A DNA stretch of 64,000 nucleotides from Candidatus Nomurabacteria bacterium (GCA_943348755.1 CALQYS010000001.1:69963-133962), one strand, 5' to 3'. Shown: positions 39,265 through 49,857, counted from the first letter of the stretch. Translations and numbers: made by a program. Notes: a model not told the origin generated them from the letters alone.

Positions 39265-42188
39265 TATTGTGAATTAGAAAATTTATGATAAATGGTATTT
39301 AATTTTTTAACATTTGTTTCAACTATTTTGTTTTTGCCATTCACTATAGTTATTTTCCCACCCTTCTCTACTTTGCCGAGTTTTGTGTAGGAGATTCCTA
39401 CAAGCACTTTTTCAAATTCTTTTGTGTTTTTAGGAGAAACAGAAACAAGAATCCTTCCTTGGCTTTCAGAGAAAAGTTTAGCATCTATTGTTGATGCGCT
39501 TCCAGCCAGATCTTTGAGGTTCACCCCACACCCCACATTTCCTCCGACACAGGCTTTAGCGAGTGCTATGCCCAAGCCTCCAGATGTCACAGAAAGAGAA
39601 GAGGCCACTAATTCTTTTTCGATACATTTTTCTAAAGCAAGATAAACTTTTAGATTTTTCTCTAAATTAACTTTCGGAACATTATTCCCAACTCCACCCA
39701 ACATTTTAAAATATTCACCACCTCCAAGCTCGTCTTTCGTTTCTCCAAGTAGATAAATTACATCACCACCGTTTTTGAATTCAGGCGAAACGGTCTTGTA
39801 CAAGTCAGGCATCACGCTGATAGCCGAGATGAGTAGCGTCGGCGGTATAGATATAGCCACCGGATTACCTTTTTCATCATAACCTTTAAAGTCGTTGAAC
39901 ATGCTGTCCTTGCCGGAAATAAAGGGCGTGCCGTAGCCCACAGCATAGTCGTAGCAGGCTTTGACGGATTCTACGAGCTGGTAAAGCCTTTTTGGATCAT
40001 TTGATGAGCACCAGCAGAAGTTGTCGAGTATGGCTAGGTGCTTGAGTGCACCACCGGCTGCCACGATGTTTCTGACAGCAGTATCGAGCGCGCAGGCTGC
40101 CATGTGATAAGTGCTGATGTCTCCATATGAAGGATAGGTGCTGGATGAAAGGACGACTGCTTTATTTGAGCTCAAAACAGGGCGGAAAACTTGAGCATCA
40201 GTGTTGATGCGTCCAGCACCTGAAAGTGGTTTCAAGACGGATGATGCCTGCACTTCATGGTCGTATTGTTGTGAAATAAAAGAAAATCCACCAATGTTTT
40301 TTTCTCCAAGTAAATTTTCTAAAACTTTTGTTCGAGACATACCCTTTGGCATTTCTGGCTCAGGATTTTTTTGCTCTACTTTGGTCGTAGTCAGATGGTG
40401 TTTCGGCAGTCCATTGTGCAGAAATTCCATTTCCATGTCCATGATTTTTTTACCATGCCATTCAATTATTACTTTTCCAGAATCTGTAAATTCACCTATT
40501 ACTGTTGATTCTACTCCCCTACTTTCCATTAATTTTTGGAACGCAGGCCATTTGTCTTTTGGGACAGATAGAGTCATGCGTTCTTGTGATTCGGATATCC
40601 AAATCTCCCATGGTGTAAGTCCTGGGTATTTCAAAGGTACTTTTTCTAGGAAAACTTTTACTCCGCCACACTCCCTTGCCATCTCTGCCACCGAAGAGGA
40701 AAGTCCTCCTGCCCCATTATCTGTGATGCTATTATATAGACCCATATCACGAGCTTCCTTTACTATTGCATCGCTTAATTTTTTTTGAGTTATCGGGTCA
40801 CCGATTTGCACAGCAGTAGCTGGTGAAGTTGAATCTATTTTAACTGACGAAAAGGTGGCTCCATGAATACCATCTAGCCCCACTTTCCCACCAACCATTA
40901 CCACATAGTCACCATTTTTCGCGCCTTTTTCGTGTGAAAATTTATTTTGTACTTTTTTTGGAATCAAGCCCACAGTACCAGCAAAGACTAAGGGCTTACC
41001 TCTAAATCTGTCGTCGTATTTTATAAATCCAGATAAGGTTGGAATTCCAGAACAATTTCCTCCGACATTGATACCTTTTATTACGCCATCCATAATCCTC
41101 TTCCCGGATAGCATCGGCTGGGTAAGGTTTTTATCTCGGAAAAATTTTCTTTCGTCTTCTGGATATCCAAAACAAAATCCATATGTATTAACTACGGGTT
41201 TAGCGCCTAAGCCAAATCCTATAGCATCACGATTAACTCCTCCTATGCCAGTAACTGCTCCGCCAAATGGATCGAGCGCCGAAGGGCTGTTGTGTGTCTC
41301 CACCTTGTGCGTCACTAGATAATTTTCATCAAAAACTATGCCGCCAGCATTATCAGAAAATACAGAAACACAAAAATCATCTTTTCCTTTTTGTTTGCGT
41401 ATTAAATTTGTAGCACCCTTGATGTATGTTTTATATAGGCCATCTTTAACCTGTAGCCCTTCTGCATCTATCGAGTTAGCAAAAATAGTATGCTTGCAGT
41501 GTTCAGACCACGTCTGCGCCAGAGACTCTAGTTCTATATCTGTCGGGTCCCTTTTTAATGTTTCAAAATATGCTTTGATAGCTTTCATGGAAGCTAGATC
41601 AAGCGCGAGTGGGCCACGGCGTGTGCCTGATTCATCCATTATTCCTTCTCCACCTATTTTTATAAGCTCGTCGTCGGGTGCTGATAGAGGAACGGTAACC
41701 ACGGGGGTTCTTTTATTTAAAATTACCTCCGGAACTTTATTTAGAAAATTTATTTTCCTGTTTTTAACTTCTACGATCGTCGCTTTCTCTATCAGCGGAT
41801 TATACATAGCGTTCGCAATTTCTTTCACCTCTTCCGCTTTGCCAGAAACAAGGAAAATCTTTGAGGTATAAAAGTTAAGAGGTTTGTCTGCTTTTAGTTT
41901 AAATAAATCCGTCGCTATTTCTTTGACCGTATGAGCCACATTGTCAGTCACTCCAGGTAGCAAGCTTATTTCAATGGCAAAATTAAATTTCTCTATTTTC
42001 GGAGATTCATCTATAAAAGACTCCTCTAAAATAGGGTTCGTGAGTGCTCGAGCCAGTGTTTCAAGTTCTTTTTTTGAAAATTCAGAATCGATCAGATAGG
42101 AGTCAATCTGTTTTGCCCCGTTTTTTAGCCCGCCTGCAACGTTGTGCGTAGCACTTCGGGCAGGCATCACATATATGCGCGAAATCAT
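39264..42188 (-). CDS. purL: FGAM synthase II with N-terminal PurS-like domain(s) fused (PurS-PurL)
   Basis: 974 aa. Small-PurL core starts near LSAPDDELIKIGGEG...WSEHCKHTIF. The preceding roughly 165 aa contain a PurS-like unit (GKAEEVKEIANAMYNPLIEKATIVEV) and a second degenerate one. Confidence 0.9.
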   Translation of the reverse strand: MISRIYVMPARSATHNVAGGLKNGAKQIDSYLIDSEFSKKELETLARALTNPILEESFIDESPKIEKFNFAIEISLLPGVTDNVAHTVKEIATDLFKLKADKPLNFYTSKIFLVSGKAEEVKEIANAMYNPLIEKATIVEVKNRKINFLNKVPEVILNKRTPVVTVPLSAPDDELIKIGGEGIMDESGTRRGPLALDLASMKAIKAYFETLKRDPTDIELESLAQTWSEHCKHTIFANSIDAEGLQVKDGLYKTYIKGATNLIRKQKGKDDFCVSVFSDNAGGIVFDENYLVTHKVETHNSPSALDPFGGAVTGIGGVNRDAIGFGLGAKPVVNTYGFCFGYPEDERKFFRDKNLTQPMLSGKRIMDGVIKGINVGGNCSGIPTLSGFIKYDDRFRGKPLVFAGTVGLIPKKVQNKFSHEKGAKNGDYVVMVGGKVGLDGIHGATFSSVKIDSTSPATAVQIGDPITQKKLSDAIVKEARDMGLYNSITDNGAGGLSSSVAEMARECGGVKVFLEKVPLKYPGLTPWEIWISESQERMTLSVPKDKWPAFQKLMESRGVESTVIGEFTDSGKVIIEWHGKKIMDMEMEFLHNGLPKHHLTTTKVEQKNPEPEMPKGMSRTKVLENLLGEKNIGGFSFISQQYDHEVQASSVLKPLSGAGRINTDAQVFRPVLSSNKAVVLSSSTYPSYGDISTYHMAACALDTAVRNIVAAGGALKHLAILDNFCWCSSNDPKRLYQLVESVKACYDYAVGYGTPFISGKDSMFNDFKGYDEKGNPVAISIPPTLLISAISVMPDLYKTVSPEFKNGGDVIYLLGETKDELGGGEYFKMLGGVGNNVPKVNLEKNLKVYLALEKCIEKELVASSLSVTSGGLGIALAKACVGGNVGCGVNLKDLAGSASTIDAKLFSESQGRILVSVSPKNTKEFEKVLVGISYTKLGKVEKGGKITIVNGKNKIVETNVKKLNTIYHKFSNSQ

Positions 42189-42200
42189 GTTATAGCTATC

Positions 42201-43424
42201 TTATATGATTTTCATTTCTTTGCCAACTTCACCAAGTATTTTCAGGGCTTTATCAATATGTGTCTTAGTATGAGCGGCGGAAATTTGAAAACGCAGTCGG
42301 GCGGTATTTTCTGGCACAACTGGGAACCAAAGGCCTACCACATAGAGTCCCTTTTCTAGAAGTTTTTTACTCATTTCTTGAGTCTTGCCCGCTTCACCTA
42401 GCATCACTGGTACTATAGGATGCTCGCCTTCTAAAACATTGAAACCGAGTTTTTTCGCGCCATTCCTGAAATATTCGGAGTTTTCTCTTACTGTGGTGAG
42501 GAGCTCTGGATGTTCTTTAAGCAAATCAAGCGCTTTGATCGAAGCGATGACGACAGATGGAGGCACAGAGTTAGAGAAAAGATAGGTTCGAGATTTTTGT
42601 CGAAGAAGCTCGATGATTTGTTTTTTACCTGCGACGTATCCACCCACGGCTCCGCCGAGAGCTTTACCGAAAGTTCCAGAGAGGACGTCTATCTTTCCAT
42701 GCAGGCCGAAGTGTTCTGGCGTGCCCGCACCAGTCTTACCGAGGACACCTATCGAATGAGCGTCGTCCACAAAGAGTAATGCCTCGTATTTTTTTGCTAA
42801 TTTTAAAATTTTTGGCAGATCCGCCAGATATCCTTCCATCGAAAAGACCCCATCAGTCACGATCATTTTGAAACGATAACCCTTGTCCTTGTCTTCCTCA
42901 AGCATTTTTTCAAGCATTGCGAGGTCACCATGAGTATAGATTCTTTTCACTAAATTTTCTTTTTTACAGAGCTTGAAAGCGTCGATAATGCTCGCGTGGT
43001 TGAGCTCATCGCTATATATGGCGTCGATGTGTTCGGTGCTACCCAAGGCTTCATTCACAATGGTTGCGAAAAATCCTAGATTTGACATGAAGTTTGTAGA
43101 ATAAAGTATGCTATCTTCTACTCCCAAGAATTCGGCTAATTTTTTTTCTAGAATTTTATGTATTGTCTCTGTGCCAGAAATGAATCGAACAGAAGAAAGC
43201 CCAAAGCCGTATTCTTTTATTGCTTTTTCAGCTGATTTAGTAATTTCAGGATGATTTGCTAATCCCAGATAGTTATTTGAAGCAAACATCAGCACTTTTT
43301 TCCCAGCAATAGAAACTTCCGGTCCTTGCGCACCCATGAGTTCTCTTTCAACTTTAAATTTACCTGCTTGCTTCAAGTTCTCGAGTTCTTTTTCTACATC
43401 TTGTATGAGTTTTTGGGAATACAT
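42201..43424 (-). CDS. kbl: 2-amino-3-ketobutyrate CoA ligase (glycine C-acetyltransferase)
   Basis: Class II aminotransferase/AONS family (SNNYLGL, PLP-lysine region SGTFGKALGG); paired with tdh two genes upstream. Confidence 0.8.
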   Translation of the reverse strand: MYSQKLIQDVEKELENLKQAGKFKVERELMGAQGPEVSIAGKKVLMFASNNYLGLANHPEITKSAEKAIKEYGFGLSSVRFISGTETIHKILEKKLAEFLGVEDSILYSTNFMSNLGFFATIVNEALGSTEHIDAIYSDELNHASIIDAFKLCKKENLVKRIYTHGDLAMLEKMLEEDKDKGYRFKMIVTDGVFSMEGYLADLPKILKLAKKYEALLFVDDAHSIGVLGKTGAGTPEHFGLHGKIDVLSGTFGKALGGAVGGYVAGKKQIIELLRQKSRTYLFSNSVPPSVVIASIKALDLLKEHPELLTTVRENSEYFRNGAKKLGFNVLEGEHPIVPVMLGEAGKTQEMSKKLLEKGLYVVGLWFPVVPENTARLRFQISAAHTKTHIDKALKILGEVGKEMKII

Positions 43425-43426
43425 AT

Positions 43427-43765
43427 TTATTTATTGAAATCTATTCTAAATTCTTTGCCGTGATCTTTAAATCCAAGCTTTTCATACCACACATGAGCTT
43501 CAAAATTTTTATAACGACTAGTACAAATTAATTTGTAGCAATTTTTTTCTTTGGCCTCAGCTATCGCCGCTTCGACTAATTTTGTGCCTGTGCCCTTTCC
43601 ACGATTCCCTTCTTTTACAAAAACGTTCTCCAGAAAACCGAAAGGCTCTTCATGCAAGTCGTTATACATAATGTACAAATAAGCCGAACCTAGCATGGCG
43701 CCATTTTCTTCGGCTTTAATTTTTATAGCATAGCTTTTATTTTCCTTGCTTAATTTGATGTCCAT
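43427..43765 (-). CDS. GNAT-family N-acetyltransferase
   Basis: 112 aa; NRGKGTGTKLVEAAI acetyl-CoA-binding motif. Confidence 0.7.
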   Translation of the reverse strand: MDIKLSKENKSYAIKIKAEENGAMLGSAYLYIMYNDLHEEPFGFLENVFVKEGNRGKGTGTKLVEAAIAEAKEKNCYKLICTSRYKNFEAHVWYEKLGFKDHGKEFRIDFNK

Positions 43766-43766
43766 G

Positions 43767-44975
43767 TTATCCGTTGATCTTAAATATAATCTTTGGATTT
43801 TCGTTCATTGCTTTTTCGAAGCTCTCTGGTGTGAAATCTTTAAATTCCAATATCGTGCCCTTACCTTTTTTGAGAATGACATTCCAGATTGCGTCGGCTA
43901 TGCCGTTGGTTTTATCATTTAAGATACGTTGAGCTGTCTGCCATGTTTTAAATATCTCGCGTCCGATGATGTTGTGAATGGTGAGTCCACGAGTGACAAG
44001 GCGAGAGAATTTCGGAATAGTTAAATCTCCGTCTTTGATACCGAAGAAGATGACATGTCCGCCTCTTCTGGTACTATCTATCGAATTATTTACCGAAGAA
44101 AAGGCTCCAGCCATCTCCATAGATACGTCTACACCTTTGCCATAAGTGAGTTTCATGATTTGATCAACGACAGATTGATCTGCTTCCCAACCATGCTCTT
44201 TTTTGGTTTTCGGGATCAAAATAGTCTCGTGGGCTCCAAGCTCTTTTGCCATCTTTAGATTTTCTGGCAGGACGTCTACGGCGATTATTTTCGCCGCTCC
44301 GAAATTCCGCGCGAGCAAAATAGAGAAGAGTCCAATCGGTCCGCAGCCGAATATTGCCACTCGCTGTCCTCGGAAGTCAGTCACGGTGGTGGCATGGACG
44401 GCATTGCCAAAAGGATCATAGATAGCAGCCAGCTCTGGGCGCAGACGTGTCTCATCTACTGCCCACAGATTTTTAGCTGGGATCTTCACATATTCGGCGA
44501 AAATGCCATCAATTGAAATACCGAGGATAGATTCATTTAAGCACACATGTGCTTCACCCACTCTACATTGGTAGCACTTGCCGCACGTCACATGAGAGTC
44601 TCCGGAAACCAGACTGCCCACTTCTATCTTTGCTTTGTTGTTTGGGTCGGGGTCGTAATACAAACTTTTCACCATTGAGCCGGCTTCCACAATTTCACCG
44701 ACGAACTCATGTCCAGTGATGCGCATATCTTTCTTTTCTTTCGCAAGCGAACCATGCACAAGGTCTTTGAAAGCAGCTCTGTGCCAAAGTCCTCTGTCTG
44801 ATCCGCACACTCCCGCATAGCGTATTTTCAAAATTACTGAAGTTGCATCCGCAGGATTTTTCTTTTCATCCAAGACCGGCATCGGAACGTCCCGCATCAC
44901 AAAACCGCGAGTGCCCTCCCAGCCATCCCTTTTCAAATCTATTGTTAAAGCTTTTACAAGTTTTTTCGTAGCCAT
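43767..44975 (-). CDS. tdh: L-threonine 3-dehydrogenase-like zinc alcohol dehydrogenase
   Basis: GHEFVGEIVEAG and structural-zinc CGKCYQCRVGEAHVC motifs; Rossmann GCGPIGL. Confidence 0.8.
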   Translation of the reverse strand: MATKKLVKALTIDLKRDGWEGTRGFVMRDVPMPVLDEKKNPADATSVILKIRYAGVCGSDRGLWHRAAFKDLVHGSLAKEKKDMRITGHEFVGEIVEAGSMVKSLYYDPDPNNKAKIEVGSLVSGDSHVTCGKCYQCRVGEAHVCLNESILGISIDGIFAEYVKIPAKNLWAVDETRLRPELAAIYDPFGNAVHATTVTDFRGQRVAIFGCGPIGLFSILLARNFGAAKIIAVDVLPENLKMAKELGAHETILIPKTKKEHGWEADQSVVDQIMKLTYGKGVDVSMEMAGAFSSVNNSIDSTRRGGHVIFFGIKDGDLTIPKFSRLVTRGLTIHNIIGREIFKTWQTAQRILNDKTNGIADAIWNVILKKGKGTILEFKDFTPESFEKAMNENPKIIFKING

Positions 44976-44991
44976 ATCTTATTATTATATC

Positions 44992-46842
44992 TTACTCTAC
45001 TGTCACACTTTTTGCCAAATTTCTGGGTTTGTCTACGTCGTTGCCTCGCTCTACTGATATATAGTAGGCCAAAAGCTGCATCGGTATGAAAGCGAGGATT
45101 GGGGTAAGCATTTCTAAAGTTTTCGGGATATAAATCACATCATCAGCGATTTCTTTCATCTCAGGGTTACCGCTCGAGACTAGGGCGATGACTTTACCTC
45201 CGCGCGCCTTGATCTCCTCGATATGAGTTTTATTTTTTTCATACATGCTGTCCGCTGGAGCGATGACAAGCGTTGGGAAATTTTTATCAATTAGAGAAAT
45301 GGGACCATGTTTTAATTCGGCGGCGTTGCATCCTTCCGCATGGATATAAGAACACTCTTTCAGCTTGAGCGCGCCTTCCATGGCAGCGCCTGCGCAGTAC
45401 TTACGTCCGAGAAAAAAGAAATTAGGTGATTTTTTGTATTTTTCTGCGATTTTTTGTATAGATTTAGCGTTTTTAAGCACTTCTTCGACTAATTCCGGAA
45501 GTTTCTGGATCTCTTTTAGTATTTCTTCTCCACTTTTCTTGGAAAGTCCGCGCATCCTGCCTAGATAGACAGCAAGCATGACAAGCAGGACTGCTTGCGA
45601 AGTGGATGCTTTGGTCGAAGCCACGGCTGTTTCTGGACCAACGTGATTGTAAATCCCAGCATCGACGATTCGAGCGATGCTGGAACCGATGACATTCACG
45701 ATGCCCAAAGTTAGCATTTTATCTTGCTTTGCTTTTTTGATCGCGTTTAACGTGTCCGCCGTTTCTCCTGACTGGGAAATAGCAATCAGCCCAGTGTGCT
45801 GTGCGTCCGCGCTTTTTCTGTAAGTAAATTCTGAGCCATATTCGACTTTAGTTGGTATTCCAGATAATTCTTCAAAGGCGTATTCACCGATCAGTCCAGT
45901 AAAACGGGCCGTACCCATGCCTGTGATCACTAGATGTTTCAGATTTTGTAATTCCTTAGAAAATTTCTCCAGTCCGCCGAATTTTACATTACCTTTTTCT
46001 AAAATAATTCTGCCACGGATGGTGTTGCGTAAAGATTCTGGCTGCTCAAATATTTCTTTCAGCATAAAATGTGGAAAGCCACCTTTTTCTAGCTCCTCCA
46101 TCTTTGTTTTCAATGTCTGGATATAAGGGCTTTTGGTTTTCTTACTCAATATTGTTTTTATTTTTAAAGTAAGTTTGTCTTTTTTTGTTTCGATAGTAGC
46201 CATTTCGCCGTCTTCTAGATAAACCACTTTTTTGGTATGTTCTACGATCGGGGTAGCGTCAGAGGCGATAAAAAACTCATTTTTCCCCACCCCAATGACC
46301 GCAGGACTGCCCACCTTAGCCACTACCATCGTTCCAGGCTCGTCTTTTGATAACACCAAAATGGCATAAGCTCCTGTCACTTCTGCTAGCGCCAAACGCA
46401 CGGCTTCCTCCACAGAGACTTTCGTATTTTTCTTTATATCTTCGATTAAATTTGCCAAAACTTCTGTGTCAGTATCACTTTTAAATTTATATCCCTTGTT
46501 GATTAATATTTTTTTTATCGCTAGATAATTTTCGATGATGCCGTTGTGCACGATGACAATGTCTCCGCTGTTTGATACATGCGGATGCGCGTTTCTATCT
46601 GACGGGACGCCATGCGTCGCCCAGCGAGTATGAGCGATGCCCACCCCACCTGAGAGTTTATTATTTTTTACAAATTTTGAAAGCTCCGCGACTCTGCCCT
46701 TCTTTTTATAGACAGAAAAAGCTCCACTTTCCATAAGAGCAATACCCGCAGAGTCATAACCGCGATACTCTAGCCTTTCTAATCCTTTAATTAAAATTGG
46801 CCAAGCCTCTCTTTTTCCGATGTATCCGACGATGCCACACAT
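44992..46842 (-). CDS. glmS: Glutamine-fructose-6-phosphate aminotransferase
   Basis: MCGIVGYIG Ntn-Cys; two SIS domains; 616 aa. Confidence 0.95.
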   Translation of the reverse strand: MCGIVGYIGKREAWPILIKGLERLEYRGYDSAGIALMESGAFSVYKKKGRVAELSKFVKNNKLSGGVGIAHTRWATHGVPSDRNAHPHVSNSGDIVIVHNGIIENYLAIKKILINKGYKFKSDTDTEVLANLIEDIKKNTKVSVEEAVRLALAEVTGAYAILVLSKDEPGTMVVAKVGSPAVIGVGKNEFFIASDATPIVEHTKKVVYLEDGEMATIETKKDKLTLKIKTILSKKTKSPYIQTLKTKMEELEKGGFPHFMLKEIFEQPESLRNTIRGRIILEKGNVKFGGLEKFSKELQNLKHLVITGMGTARFTGLIGEYAFEELSGIPTKVEYGSEFTYRKSADAQHTGLIAISQSGETADTLNAIKKAKQDKMLTLGIVNVIGSSIARIVDAGIYNHVGPETAVASTKASTSQAVLLVMLAVYLGRMRGLSKKSGEEILKEIQKLPELVEEVLKNAKSIQKIAEKYKKSPNFFFLGRKYCAGAAMEGALKLKECSYIHAEGCNAAELKHGPISLIDKNFPTLVIAPADSMYEKNKTHIEEIKARGGKVIALVSSGNPEMKEIADDVIYIPKTLEMLTPILAFIPMQLLAYYISVERGNDVDKPRNLAKSVTVE

Positions 46843-46888
46843 GGAGAGAAATATAGCAAAATTTGGTAATTTAGGCTAATATTTACGG

Positions 46889-47878
46889 ATGCAAGACAAG
46901 GTCAAAAATATTGTTACCGTGGGGGGCGGGACAGGCAGTTATACTGTTTTATCTGGGTTGAAGAATCTTCCGGATGTTTCTCTGACTGCGCTTGTCACTA
47001 TGGCTGATGATGGCGGTTCGACTGGGGTACTACGCGATGAGCTCGGAGTCTTGCCAGCTGGCGATGTGAGACAATGCTTAGTCGCTCTTTCGGAGCACAG
47101 CGAAGTTGTCCGTGCGCTCATGAATTACAGGTTTGAAAATGGGGGTTTGGCGGGACACAACTTTGGAAATATTTTTTTAGCAGCACTCGAAAAAGTCACT
47201 GGCGACTTCTCTAAAGGTGTGGAGACAGCTTCAGAAATTTTGAAAGTAAAAGGTACAGTTGTTCCTGTCACAAAAAATAAAGCGCAACTATCTATCTCGC
47301 TTTCTAATGGCAAATTATTTGAGGGCGAAAACAACATTCAAAATGCAAACTTACAAGAAGACAGTATTAAGAATATTTCTTACAAAAATAAGGTTTTATT
47401 AAATGAACATGCTAAAAACGCCCTACTAAAAGCGGATTACATCGTTTTAGGTCCTGGCAATTATTATTGCTCCGTGGTTCCCAATCTTTTAGTGGATGGT
47501 TTTAAAGAAACTGTCGCAGAAAGTAAGGCTAAAATAATTTTTCCAGTCAATCTTACGAATAAGCAAGAGCATACGGGAAAATGGAAAGTAAGTGATTACG
47601 TTCAGGACATCGAAAAATACTTGGGTAAAAAAGTAGACTTTATTTTAGTAAACAATGAAGCTCCCTCGAAACAGCAAGTCGAGCGATATAAACTAGAAGA
47701 AGGAGCGGGTGTGCTCGTGGAAGATGATCTTCAAGACAAACGAGTCGTTCGGGCTTCCCTTCTTTCCCCTATCGTTTTTGATAAATCCAAAGAAGATGTC
47801 ATTCCAAGCACTAAAGGCTTCATCCGCCATGATTCGGAAAAATTAGCGGAGTGTATAGAAAAGATAATGAAGAAATAA
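46889..47878 (+). CDS. YvcK/CofD-like gluconeogenesis-factor family protein (UPF0052)
   Basis: IVTVGGGTGSYTVLSGLK...MADDGGSTG family motifs. Confidence 0.8.
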   Translation: MQDKVKNIVTVGGGTGSYTVLSGLKNLPDVSLTALVTMADDGGSTGVLRDELGVLPAGDVRQCLVALSEHSEVVRALMNYRFENGGLAGHNFGNIFLAALEKVTGDFSKGVETASEILKVKGTVVPVTKNKAQLSISLSNGKLFEGENNIQNANLQEDSIKNISYKNKVLLNEHAKNALLKADYIVLGPGNYYCSVVPNLLVDGFKETVAESKAKIIFPVNLTNKQEHTGKWKVSDYVQDIEKYLGKKVDFILVNNEAPSKQQVERYKLEEGAGVLVEDDLQDKRVVRASLLSPIVFDKSKEDVIPSTKGFIRHDSEKLAECIEKIMKK

Positions 47879-47882
47879 ATAT

Positions 47883-48449
47883 ATGAAATTTATTTTTGAT
47901 TTTGATGATGTGTTGTTTAATACAAAAAAGTTTAAAGAGAAAATATATTTGTCTGTAGAAAAAGTCGGTATTTCACGCGATGTTGAAGAAACATATTACA
48001 AAGAGTTCAGAAAATACGCCTTTTCTCTAAAAATTTTCCTGACAAATCTTTTTGCTAGAGAGAAGAAAAGGAGTGTGTCAGTGGATGCTATCTATGAAGA
48101 GATAATGTCTGATTGCGAAAGGCTTTTGAATAAAGACTTGCTTGAAATTGTGCAAAAGTTGAGTGCCAGTGACTGCTTTATTTTAACTAGCGGGGATGAA
48201 GAATTCCAAAAGGATAAAATTAGAAGGTCTGGCATCGAGAAACTTTTTTCTGAAATTACCGTCGTGCCGGACAGTAAAAGAGAAGCCATGAATAAAATAT
48301 GCGCTCAATATAAAGACGAAAAAGTAATCTTTATCGACGATAAACAAAAATTTTTGGATGATCTGGATTTAGCTAAATGTCCAAATCTAAAGACGATTCT
48401 TTGTGATGAACAGGGTTTAGAAAAATTGAAGGCAGAAATTATAAAATAG
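47883..48449 (+). CDS. HAD-superfamily hydrolase
   Basis: Motif I FDFDDVLFNT (DxDxV/T) at the N-terminus. Confidence 0.65.
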   Translation: MKFIFDFDDVLFNTKKFKEKIYLSVEKVGISRDVEETYYKEFRKYAFSLKIFLTNLFAREKKRSVSVDAIYEEIMSDCERLLNKDLLEIVQKLSASDCFILTSGDEEFQKDKIRRSGIEKLFSEITVVPDSKREAMNKICAQYKDEKVIFIDDKQKFLDDLDLAKCPNLKTILCDEQGLEKLKAEIIK

Positions 48450-48456
48450 GATATAT

Positions 48457-48900
48457 TTACTTCAACTTCACTGACTCTGATGTTAGTATGATTTTACCCT
48501 CAGGTGTTTTCCAGTCTGTAAATCTCCACCAGTTGGGAGTAAATTTAAAAAAGACGAATTTCGGGTCTATCGACTTTTCTTTTTTCTCCGGAAACTTCCC
48601 AAGGTACACCAAGTTAAAAATTTCTTTTTCCTCCGGCTTTATGAGCTCGACTACCCCGTCCATTTGTAGAGTTTTCATATTACTTTCATCGCAACCTATG
48701 ACAAAAGAAGCCCTAGAAACTTCCCTGCCATATAAAGCTTCGGCTTTTCGGTAATCTCTATATGTCTCAAAATAAAAAACTAAAGGACTCTCGGTATGAG
48801 CAAAATGTACCGTAGCGGCATGCGGAGAACCATCGAGCATCTCTACTGCTAGCACACCCACTCTTTGTTTTTTTATATATTCTAAAGTTTCCTGTTGCAT
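48457..48900 (-). CDS. Pyridoxamine 5'-phosphate oxidase-like FMN-binding protein
   Basis: LEYIKKQRVGVLAV...PHAATVHFA split-barrel PNPOx-like N-terminus. Confidence 0.65.
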   Translation of the reverse strand: MQQETLEYIKKQRVGVLAVEMLDGSPHAATVHFAHTESPLVFYFETYRDYRKAEALYGREVSRASFVIGCDESNMKTLQMDGVVELIKPEEKEIFNLVYLGKFPEKKEKSIDPKFVFFKFTPNWWRFTDWKTPEGKIILTSESVKLK

Positions 48901-48902
48901 AA

Positions 48903-49277
48903 TTAGATTTTTTTAAATTCTATAACAACTAAGCCAAGCTCGGTTGCATATTTTTTGTCAAATAGTCGTTGGCAATCCAGAACAGCTTGGTCTTTAGAAA
49001 TTCCGGGCGCTATTTTACTTAGATCTTCTTTTTCTAGCATGGATTCAAAGGTTTTATATTTTCTTGATCCAACCACTCTAGCCCTCAAACTTTTTTTATT
49101 AGCAGCTTTAAACTCTAAGATTTGGCCAGGTTTTATACGTAGAAAACTATCATATGCCAGTCTCAGCTCGCATGTTTTCTGTCCAGATTCTATTTGTGAA
49201 AAGATTTCATCTTTCACAAACATATTACGTGCTTTATTTTGTTCTGACAAGTTTGGTTTTATTCCTTCTGTTCGCAT
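48903..49277 (-). CDS. ASCH (PUA-like) domain protein
   Basis: ESGQKTCELRL...IKPGQILEF pattern typical of ASCH. Confidence 0.5.
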   Translation of the reverse strand: MRTEGIKPNLSEQNKARNMFVKDEIFSQIESGQKTCELRLAYDSFLRIKPGQILEFKAANKKSLRARVVGSRKYKTFESMLEKEDLSKIAPGISKDQAVLDCQRLFDKKYATELGLVVIEFKKI

Positions 49278-49279
49278 AA

Positions 49280-49576
49280 TTATTTATTAGAGAAGAAAAG
49301 TATAAGTACAAACGCTATTACAAAACAGGTAAAGAAACCCACTGTTTGAGTAAATAGTTTCAGGGCTTCTTTCTGGCGCTTCTCTATTAAGAGCTGTACA
49401 GGCTCATAGAAAAACAAGAAAGCCATCACGGCTACTGACAAGACTAAAAGACCTAACATTACTATCGGAATAATTATATGATTTTCAGGTAAAAATGAGC
49501 TAAAAGTATTTATAGATAAAACGATAAACACTATATATACGGCGGCGACTAATGCTAATAAAAATGGTTTTTTCAT
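49280..49576 (-). CDS. Hypothetical membrane protein (3 TM)
   Basis: 98 aa, three hydrophobic helices. Confidence 0.4.
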   Translation of the reverse strand: MKKPFLLALVAAVYIVFIVLSINTFSSFLPENHIIIPIVMLGLLVLSVAVMAFLFFYEPVQLLIEKRQKEALKLFTQTVGFFTCFVIAFVLILFFSNK

Positions 49577-49597
49577 GGTTTTATTATGGCAAATAAC

Positions 49598-49849
49598 TTA
49601 CCGATGAATACATCCCGCCCAGCAGCACGGTCGGCGCATGCCGCCTTTTAGCTTGGAGATCGCTTTCTCGATTCTAATACTTCTCGTCTCCGCTTTTTTA
49701 CCAGACGTAACCCAGCATATCCATTCATTCCGCGCGAGCGGAGTGACATGCTCCCATGTAGCTAGCGCTCCCGAATTTGAGGCGATAGCCTTTCGTAAAT
49801 CCGAGGGCATTTTGTGCATTGTACCAATAGCGATTTTTGTTTTAGTCAT
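49598..49849 (-). CDS. YdeI/OmpD-associated family protein
   Basis: MPSDLRKAIASNSGALATWEHVTPLARNEWICWVTSGKKAETRSIRIEKAISKL matches the YdeI-family pattern (PxDLxxAL...F..L.P..R.E...WI..AKK.ETR..RI). Confidence 0.55.
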   Translation of the reverse strand: MTKTKIAIGTMHKMPSDLRKAIASNSGALATWEHVTPLARNEWICWVTSGKKAETRSIRIEKAISKLKGGMRRPCCWAGCIHR

Positions 49850-49857
49850 TTAGAATA

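Noticed and set aside
46843-46888. glmS ribozyme upstream of glmS
   Set aside because: The intergenic region is only 46 nt and lacks the conserved ribozyme core.
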